The notes under the pieces were generated by a model that had not been told where the DNA came from, did not search any database, and saw only the letters and a list, made by a program, of their open reading frames with translations. This document shows, piece after piece, positions 58,204 to 64,000 of a DNA stretch of 64,000 nt (position 1 is its first letter; each line of letters opens with the position of its first letter). A program made the position numbers and the translations under genes. Source of the DNA: Candidatus Omnitrophota bacterium (GTDB lineage: Bacteria > Omnitrophota > Gorgyraeia > 2-02-FULL-51-18); the NCBI GenBank assembly GCA_016206805.1, contig JACQQX010000016.1:13256-77255 (forward strand). Reading direction: 5' to 3'.

Positions 58204-58766
58204 CAAACATTTCCAAAAAAAACGCCTCTTTGGCGGAACTCCCGAACGCTCAGCCCCTTCAGCGTTTCACGCCACTGATCTTTTCGAAGATAAGCTTTTC
58301 CGCCATCAAATAAATCCCAATATTTTTTTTGAAGCCATCCACGAAACCGCCCATCATGCCGGATATGGTCCAGGACCAGTACCCTCTCCTTGGCCACACG
58401 CTGGGCTTCGCTCAAAACCTTCGCCCATTTCTCGAAGTCGATGTGATGCAAAACAAAAAAAATGGTGACCAGGTCAAAACTTTTGTCCTTGAAAGGAAGC
58501 GCATCGGCGGAGGCCACAAGACATTGGGAGCGCGGATATTTTTGCTTACAAGCCTCAACCATTTCAGGCGAATTGTCGACAGCGGCATGTTGACGGGTCC
58601 GCTCAGGCGAATAATATAACTGCAGCGGCCCGCAGCCGATGTCCAGAACGCTCTTGCCTCCGGTCAAAGCATCCACCGAAAAACCGCCCAAACCATTCAC
58701 CGCGCTAAGCGCCCTATTTTTGTATTCATACAACGATGGAAAACGGAAAATATTTTCAGGGTTCAT
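58170..58766 (-). CDS. Class I SAM-dependent methyltransferase
   Basis: LDIGCG, VDNS, LPFKDKSFD, VLHH. Confidence 0.85.
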   Translation of the reverse strand: MNPENIFRFPSLYEYKNRALSAVNGLGGFSVDALTGGKSVLDIGCGPLQLYYSPERTRQHAAVDNSPEMVEACKQKYPRSQCLVASADALPFKDKSFDLVTIFFVLHHIDFEKWAKVLSEAQRVAKERVLVLDHIRHDGRFRGWLQKKYWDLFDGGKAYLRKDQWRETLKGLSVREFRQRGVFFGNVCYFEIDPLARA

Positions 58767-58769
58767 CGT

Positions 58770-59711
58770 TTAAAGGTTGACCGCTTCATCGATAATGGTC
58801 ATCGGCTGGTTTTTAACCTGCCGGTAAACCCGGCCCAGGTATTCCCCGATAATCCCTAAAAAAATGGCGTTCAGAGTGATCGAAATCAAAATTAAAACGG
58901 AGAGCGTGATAAAACCGGCGGGCCATTCCTGATGAAACAGGAATTTAATGGCCAGAAGAATGCCCAGGTAAATGACCAGACCCCCCGCGATGAGAAAACC
59001 GGTGAAAGACGCCAGGCGCAAAGGGACCAGCGAGTGGTTCAAAATACCGTCCATGGCCAAGGCCATCAATGAACCGAGACGAAACTTGCTTTCTCCATGC
59101 TGGCGGGCCAAACGATCGTATTCGATGCCGGTTTGATTGAATCCGAAAGCGGCGATAGTCCCGCGGATATAAGGGCTGGCATCGTAAAGTTTTCTCAACT
59201 GGTCCACAACCTTGCGGCTGACCAGCCTGAAATCCCCGGCATCATGCGGGAGGCCGTCATCCGATAAAAAGTCGATCAGTCGGTAAAAAATCCTCCTGAT
59301 CCGTCCCAATAACCAGCCTTCGCGCCTTGTCCGGCGAATGCCGTACACCACTTCATAGCCCTGTTTCCACTTTTTGACAAAATCCAAAATCAGCTCCGGA
59401 GGGTCCTGCAAGTCACAATCCATCTGGATGACAGCATCTCCCGAAGCCAGGCAATAGGCGGTAAAAATAGATTTTTGGTATCCAAAATTTCTTGAAAACC
59501 GGGCCACTTTCACGCGGGAATCACGCGCGGCCAGTTGTTTTAAAAGAAGAAAGCTGCCGTCCGTGCTCCGGTTATCGGTAAAAACAAATTCATAATCAAA
59601 CTCGGGGAGGCTGCTGAGAACGGCTTTTGTTTTTTCATAAAAAAGCGGGATATTCTGCTCTACGTTATAAACCGGGATGACAATGGATAGCATTTCTTTT
59701 TTATCGCTCAT
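58770..59711 (-). CDS. GtrB/ArnC-like polyprenyl-phosphate glycosyltransferase (GT2 + 2 TM)
   Basis: SIVIPVYN, SRNFG, DCDLQDPP, GDFRL, R..G.SK, two TM helices, GIIGEYLGR. Confidence 0.9.
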   Translation of the reverse strand: MSDKKEMLSIVIPVYNVEQNIPLFYEKTKAVLSSLPEFDYEFVFTDNRSTDGSFLLLKQLAARDSRVKVARFSRNFGYQKSIFTAYCLASGDAVIQMDCDLQDPPELILDFVKKWKQGYEVVYGIRRTRREGWLLGRIRRIFYRLIDFLSDDGLPHDAGDFRLVSRKVVDQLRKLYDASPYIRGTIAAFGFNQTGIEYDRLARQHGESKFRLGSLMALAMDGILNHSLVPLRLASFTGFLIAGGLVIYLGILLAIKFLFHQEWPAGFITLSVLILISITLNAIFLGIIGEYLGRVYRQVKNQPMTIIDEAVNL

Positions 59712-60594
59712 AGACGCGCCTGATCCCCTCTTTTAGAGAAACTTTCGCCTTCCAACCGGGCAAAAACCGGACATTCCCCGGATCCATGATTTCGCGTGGA
59801 CGATAGGGCCGCCCTCCCCAGTTCACCTTCAGCTTTTCGCCGGAAACATCCTCATAAATCCGGACGACTTCCCTCAAGCTGTGTTTGGCGCCAGTCCCAA
59901 CCGCATAGCTGGAATGCAGAGCGTCTTTTCTTTTTTTACACAACAGCTCCGCGGCATAAATAAAAGCGTCTACGACATCCGTGATATAAACATGGTCCAG
60001 TTTTTGGCGCCCCGGACTCAAATCCAATGTTTTTTTATTTTTGATCGATTGCGCGATGTGATGAAAGAGTTTGGGGCGAGTGTCATTGGGACAATACACA
60101 TTATAAAGCTTTAAAGTCAGGCTGGTGATCGGTGTTGTTTCGGTGTAATAACGGATGATGTCTTCAAAAGCCTGCTTGGTCGCGGCGTATAAATTGACCG
60201 GATTATACGCTTCATTGGCGTAATGCTGCCAATAAGTGCCGGCATTCACCAAATACCGGCAATCCGTCTGCCGCATGGCTTCCAGAATCTGAGTCCCCAA
60301 GAGAACATTGGACTGGATAAGGGGTTCAATGTCGGAAGGTTCATGCTCGATCAAAGTCGACGCCGCCAAATGAAAAACCACCTGAGGCTTTTTCTTCTGA
60401 AATACGCGCATAACCGACTGGGTGGACCCATCATAACTACAGATGGATCCTGAAGAAAGGGATTTGGCGGGGCTTTTTTTTAGGGAGCCGGGCCGCACCA
60501 AAAAACAGAGCTCCCATCCTCTGGCCAGAAGCTCCTGGGATAAGTGACGGCCAATGATCCCGGTCACGCCGGTAATTAACGCTGATGGACGCAT
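59701..60594 (-). CDS. NAD-dependent 4-reductase, CDP-abequose/paratose-synthase-like (RfbJ/RfbS)
   Basis: ITGVTGIIG, FHLAA, NAGTYWQ, PVNLYAATKQAF, YRPREIM. Confidence 0.75.
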   Translation of the reverse strand: MRPSALITGVTGIIGRHLSQELLARGWELCFLVRPGSLKKSPAKSLSSGSICSYDGSTQSVMRVFQKKKPQVVFHLAASTLIEHEPSDIEPLIQSNVLLGTQILEAMRQTDCRYLVNAGTYWQHYANEAYNPVNLYAATKQAFEDIIRYYTETTPITSLTLKLYNVYCPNDTRPKLFHHIAQSIKNKKTLDLSPGRQKLDHVYITDVVDAFIYAAELLCKKRKDALHSSYAVGTGAKHSLREVVRIYEDVSGEKLKVNWGGRPYRPREIMDPGNVRFLPGWKAKVSLKEGIRRVYER

Positions 60595-60615
60595 CTGACT
60601 CCCCTAAAAAGACTT

Positions 60616-60644
60616 AGGATAACGGATGAGATTATCGAATGCAA
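60616..60644 (-). promoter_or_regulatory. Candidate sigma70 promoter for the leftward operon starting at 60594
   Basis: Minus strand TTGCAT-N17-TATCCT, followed by a GGGGAG RBS and ATG at 60594. Confidence 0.5.
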
Positions 60645-60660
60645 TCGTTTTATGTCCGTC

Positions 60661-60690
60661 TTGGAAAAAGAGCCCTCTTTGTGCTAGAAT
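60661..60690 (+). promoter_or_regulatory. Candidate extended -10 promoter for the 60696 gene (probably leaderless mRNA)
   Basis: TTGGAA-N18-TAGAAT with TGn extension (TGCTAGAAT), then 5 nt, then ATG at 60696. Confidence 0.55.
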
Positions 60691-60695
60691 CCGGC

Positions 60696-62378
60696 ATGTC
60701 AAAAAAATGGATTATCGGGATCCTTTTGGCCCTCATCGGTTTTTCCTGGGCTGCCTTCCTCACCGAAAATCTTCCCTTTAACACGATGGACGACATGAAT
60801 TACCTGTACCAGGCAAAGGCCAATTCATTCCCCGCCGTTCTCAAGCGCATCGCCAATCCGCTGACGCCTACTTGGACCTATCAGTTTGGGAGCATTGTTG
60901 GAGACCAGCGGCTAATGGGCCTCAGGCCGGTAGAGCTTCTATCCTGGAAAGTGCTATTGGCCCTGTTTCATTATGATCCGGCGCCTTATTATCTTTTTAA
61001 GGCATTATGGCTGGGCATTATCGGCGTCTTTATCTTTGGCTTTATCTTATTTTTAACCCGCAACACGCTCATTTCTTTCTTGGCGGGGATTTTTTACTGC
61101 ACCACATTGCCCAACTTCATGACACTGTTTTATTTGTCCGATTTTGGATTGCTCGCCCAAATTTTTCAAGCGGCGGCAATCACTTTCTTTTTATTGATTT
61201 ACTTTCGGATTGAAGAAGGACGATTCACCGCCCGCCAAACTCTTTTATCTTGCCTGGGGCTTTTAGCCATCACGCTCTTGGGGATCAAAACCTATGAAAC
61301 GATTAAAATCCTGCCCCCTCTCTTTCTAGGCTTTTTATTCCTGAAAAATGTGCGCAATATTCCGCGATGGCTGGGCAACAGCCGGCAAATTATTTTACTC
61401 AGCGCCGTACTTCTCGGTTTTCTCATGGTCGTCCCGATAACCACAAGCTTTCAGGCTGTTGATACCAGTGGGAATGTTGCCAAAAACACTCCTCTGGTCT
61501 ATCACTGGGACACGGTGTACCGCTTTCTCATTCAAAATACCCGCAACGCCTGGGAAACCGAAGGGGACATCGCGTTTTTTTCGCTGAAATCCTATCTCCC
61601 CTTTTCCATCGCCAGAACGTTTGGGTTTTTTCTCTGCTGGCTCACTTTATTTTCAGCGCTTTGGATGGCCTTCAAACGCAACACGGGAAAGCTTGAGGCG
61701 CGGCAACGCCATACCGTTCATTTTCTGGCCCTCTGGGCGCTGGCTAATCTTGTGGCCCTGGGGCTGCCGCAAGAATCCGACGGCCGCCATCTCATGGCGC
61801 CGCTTATCCCTTTCACAATAGGCGCCGCGTTTTTAATCACGCAAACTTATCGCGGCCTCTCCAAAACCATAGCGAAGATTTTTGTCACTTTCGGCCTGGT
61901 GGGATGGGTTTTCGCTACCCTCACGAACATGAACCATGATATGTACTTCCGGAAGTTTCTGGGTGGCGTCTCAATCGCCCAGGAGAAATACATGCCTTTC
62001 ATCTATAAGGACGATCGTGGCAGCGAGTCTTACAATTTTGAAAACCTGATGGCGTACATGCGCGTGCCCGAGGGGTTATGCATATGGAACATGCGCTTTA
62101 TCGTGGACGATCTTTACGGAGACTTCAGCCAGCTGTCAAAACCGGAGAAACTTTTATCACTCCATCGCGAGTTTGGGAAAGCGTATCTGGTCACGCAGGA
62201 TGAAGGCTTGATACCGGCCCAGGACAAACGTTATGTGAAGCTGGGAAGCTTCGACCAGGTCAACAAAAGCTTATACAGCCGGTGGGTGCTCCGCTTCAAA
62301 AAAAAGAAGGCCGGAATCCATCACGTTTACAAATTTATTCCGATACAAGATTCTGCCGGGACAACCATTGCGCGATAA
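60696..62378 (+). CDS. Multi-TM membrane protein, putative GT-C (GtrII/ArnT-like) glycosyltransferase
   Basis: TM1 followed by a DD motif (TMDDMNY), LRPV, KTYE, DGRHL; about 11 TM helices and a soluble C-terminal tail; start taken at MSKKWII. Confidence 0.6.
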   Translation: MSKKWIIGILLALIGFSWAAFLTENLPFNTMDDMNYLYQAKANSFPAVLKRIANPLTPTWTYQFGSIVGDQRLMGLRPVELLSWKVLLALFHYDPAPYYLFKALWLGIIGVFIFGFILFLTRNTLISFLAGIFYCTTLPNFMTLFYLSDFGLLAQIFQAAAITFFLLIYFRIEEGRFTARQTLLSCLGLLAITLLGIKTYETIKILPPLFLGFLFLKNVRNIPRWLGNSRQIILLSAVLLGFLMVVPITTSFQAVDTSGNVAKNTPLVYHWDTVYRFLIQNTRNAWETEGDIAFFSLKSYLPFSIARTFGFFLCWLTLFSALWMAFKRNTGKLEARQRHTVHFLALWALANLVALGLPQESDGRHLMAPLIPFTIGAAFLITQTYRGLSKTIAKIFVTFGLVGWVFATLTNMNHDMYFRKFLGGVSIAQEKYMPFIYKDDRGSESYNFENLMAYMRVPEGLCIWNMRFIVDDLYGDFSQLSKPEKLLSLHREFGKAYLVTQDEGLIPAQDKRYVKLGSFDQVNKSLYSRWVLRFKKKKAGIHHVYKFIPIQDSAGTTIAR

Positions 62379-63555
62379 GCGCTTCGGCAAAAACATTTCC
62401 TTCGGCGGTCCAATGATGATCCAGCCGGTAATGCAGCCTGCCGGCAAAACCCTCCAAAGCCGCTTGACGGAAGGATGGCGTCAAATCCAAATAAGGAACT
62501 TCTTGGGCATCGGACCAAAACATCAGCTCTTTTTCTAAAACAGTGGTCCGGCGGACCCATTCTGGATTGATAACCATCCCTGCCTGCGACCAAACCGCTC
62601 CATACGAAGGATCATATTGAAATGGGGCGGGGGCCAATATCACACCAACCCAAATTTGCCGCGAACGGCACTCCTGAACCATGTCATTCAAGACGCCTTT
62701 CATAATGTCCCATTTCTTTTGGGATCTCTCCGAAGCGATATCCAAAGAATTGGCCCAATAATCCGGATCCAGGAGTCCAAGCGCCAATACCCAACCATCC
62801 ATCCTTCCGCGGTTGGCGGTTTCTACCCAATCGGGGTTCAAGGCCTCCCTCCATTGGTTGATTCTTGCTTCAGAAATCCCTCTGCTTTTAGCCAGATCCA
62901 CCGTGCTGTCTATCCATTTTTTGGGAATATTCTCGGACAAACCGCCAGTCTGCGCGCCAGCCTTCAAGCGCACACGCTGCAGCAACGTATACAACCGCGG
63001 AAAAAATCGATGAACCAACGGCTTGATACCCATTCCATAGCGGCCAAAAGACAACAAAGATCTGCCGGAAGCAACCTCATCCGGCGTATCGGAAACGTCA
63101 TTGGCATACAGCATGATTAAAACAGCGTCGGGATCGTATTTTAACCCTATATATTTCAAAACGCGGGCATAATCCAACGGACCTGTTCCCGCCAATCCTC
63201 CATTGATCACCCTGGTCGGACCGGATCGAGACAAGCGTGTCTCCAGAAGAGACGCCATCGATTGGCCTTCTGATACACCTACGCCCTGCGCGAATGAATC
63301 CCCTAAAAGAAGAAGACGACGTTCTTGTGGAGATTTTTTGAATGGAATTTCAGGATAACGCAATCCCTGGCTATTGGTAGTGAATTCATACGAATATTCC
63401 TCAAAATCAACACGGGAATGAAAGTGAGGCACGCAGGCTATCTGCATTTTTAAATTATCTTTGAAGCCCATGAAGGCCAAAAGCCCTTCCGCCGCAAAAA
63501 GGGACAGAAGGGATCCTCCAATCAACAAAATTCCTGCAAAAAAAAATTTTTTCAC
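62335..63555 (-). CDS. Membrane-anchored SGNH/GDSL-fold protein (AlgJ/AlgX-like)
   Basis: NSQGLR, LLGDSFAQG, NGGLAG, YAND, DHHWTAEGN; GTGA overlap. Confidence 0.82.
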   Translation of the reverse strand: MKKFFFAGILLIGGSLLSLFAAEGLLAFMGFKDNLKMQIACVPHFHSRVDFEEYSYEFTTNSQGLRYPEIPFKKSPQERRLLLLGDSFAQGVGVSEGQSMASLLETRLSRSGPTRVINGGLAGTGPLDYARVLKYIGLKYDPDAVLIMLYANDVSDTPDEVASGRSLLSFGRYGMGIKPLVHRFFPRLYTLLQRVRLKAGAQTGGLSENIPKKWIDSTVDLAKSRGISEARINQWREALNPDWVETANRGRMDGWVLALGLLDPDYWANSLDIASERSQKKWDIMKGVLNDMVQECRSRQIWVGVILAPAPFQYDPSYGAVWSQAGMVINPEWVRRTTVLEKELMFWSDAQEVPYLDLTPSFRQAALEGFAGRLHYRLDHHWTAEGNVFAEALIAQWLSRQNLVSE

Positions 63556-64000
63556 GGCGTCTTCAAGGCTCTTCGAAATCGCATCCACAGAAGAATGTAA
63601 GATGCCACCCCGGCCAACAGCAGAAAGTTGATTCTTTTATAAAAGGACAAAACACCGGCCAGCGAATAAATCAATATAAGCTCAATATCCAACGGCCAAC
63701 GGGAAAGCACAATCCAGGGCAGTGCCCAAAATAAGTAGTTGTAAATGAAGGGGCTGGTTAACGAAACGTAAAAAAGAAGAAAAACCAATGCCAGAGTCCT
63801 AAAAAAGGATTCAGCCGAAATAAAAGGTTTCAAGGCCAGCCGAACCCATAACACCCCATATGCCACTATATAAGACGCCAGAAAAACTTTTCGCGCCAAG
63901 TTTTCGCTAACCGTTAAACCCGCCTTTCCCAGCGCCATCACAACAGCATAAGGAATCGTATTGGTATAAAACCGGTCTTGAAGCGCCGTCAACGCTCCAA
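63552..64000 (-). CDS. C-terminal fragment of a multi-TM membrane protein (possibly GT-C/GT87-like); 5' end outside the window
   Basis: Frame open to the window edge, hydrophobic helices, PFIYNYLFWALP motif. Confidence 0.55.
   Translation of the reverse strand, partial: GALTALQDRFYTNTIPYAVVMALGKAGLTVSENLARKVFLASYIVAYGVLWVRLALKPFISAESFFRTLALVFLLFYVSLTSPFIYNYLFWALPWIVLSRWPLDIELILIYSLAGVLSFYKRINFLLLAGVASYILLWMRFRRALKTP

Noticed and set aside
1-64000. CRISPR arrays, rRNA/tRNA, phase-variable homopolymer tracts
   Set aside because: No repeat-spacer structure and no intergenic room. A/T runs of up to about 9 nt are common Lys/Phe codon runs in intact frames, and no long poly-G/C tracts were seen.

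Overview
A 64 kb, almost gap-free bacterial cell-surface glycan biosynthesis region. About 55 CDS lie on the minus strand, mostly joined by ATGA/GTGA/TAATG overlaps, and only two lie on the plus strand. I found no rRNA, tRNA, CRISPR array or transposase. From right to left there are five blocks. (i) About eight polyprenol-phosphate-dependent GT-C (ArnT/PMT/YfhO-like) membrane glycosyltransferases with GtrB/DPM1-like GT2s and SAM methyltransferases. (ii) A CDP-3,6-dideoxy-sugar pathway (rfbFGH) extended by a YerE-like ThDP enzyme and a DmpF/DmpG pair, which suggests an erwiniose-type C4-branched sugar. (iii) A MaoC-SDR-FkbH-ACP-MBOAT-2xSGNH cassette that looks like a Dlt-like glyceryl/lactyl transfer system. 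(iv) A second operon, headed by a small Xis/BldC-like HTH gene and a promoter carrying 10-bp-period repeats. It encodes a nonulosonate pathway without NeuC (NeuB, NeuD, TIM-barrel protein, CBS-aminotransferase, ElaABC-like set, amidotransferase/HisH/HisF). It also encodes an unexplained module of repurposed central-metabolism paralogues: divergent GAPDH, FAH, a second cytidylyltransferase, 2-hydroxyacid dehydrogenase, HAD, a pyruvate kinase-APS kinase fusion, a CDP-alcohol phosphotransferase and a sulfotransferase-fold protein. (v) LPS-type GT2/GT4/GT9, WecB, a B12 radical SAM enzyme and a carbamoyltransferase that runs off the left edge. All calls come from motifs recognised by eye; no database search was run. 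Several start codons were moved downstream of the ORF-track start to match stop/start overlaps and family N-termini.
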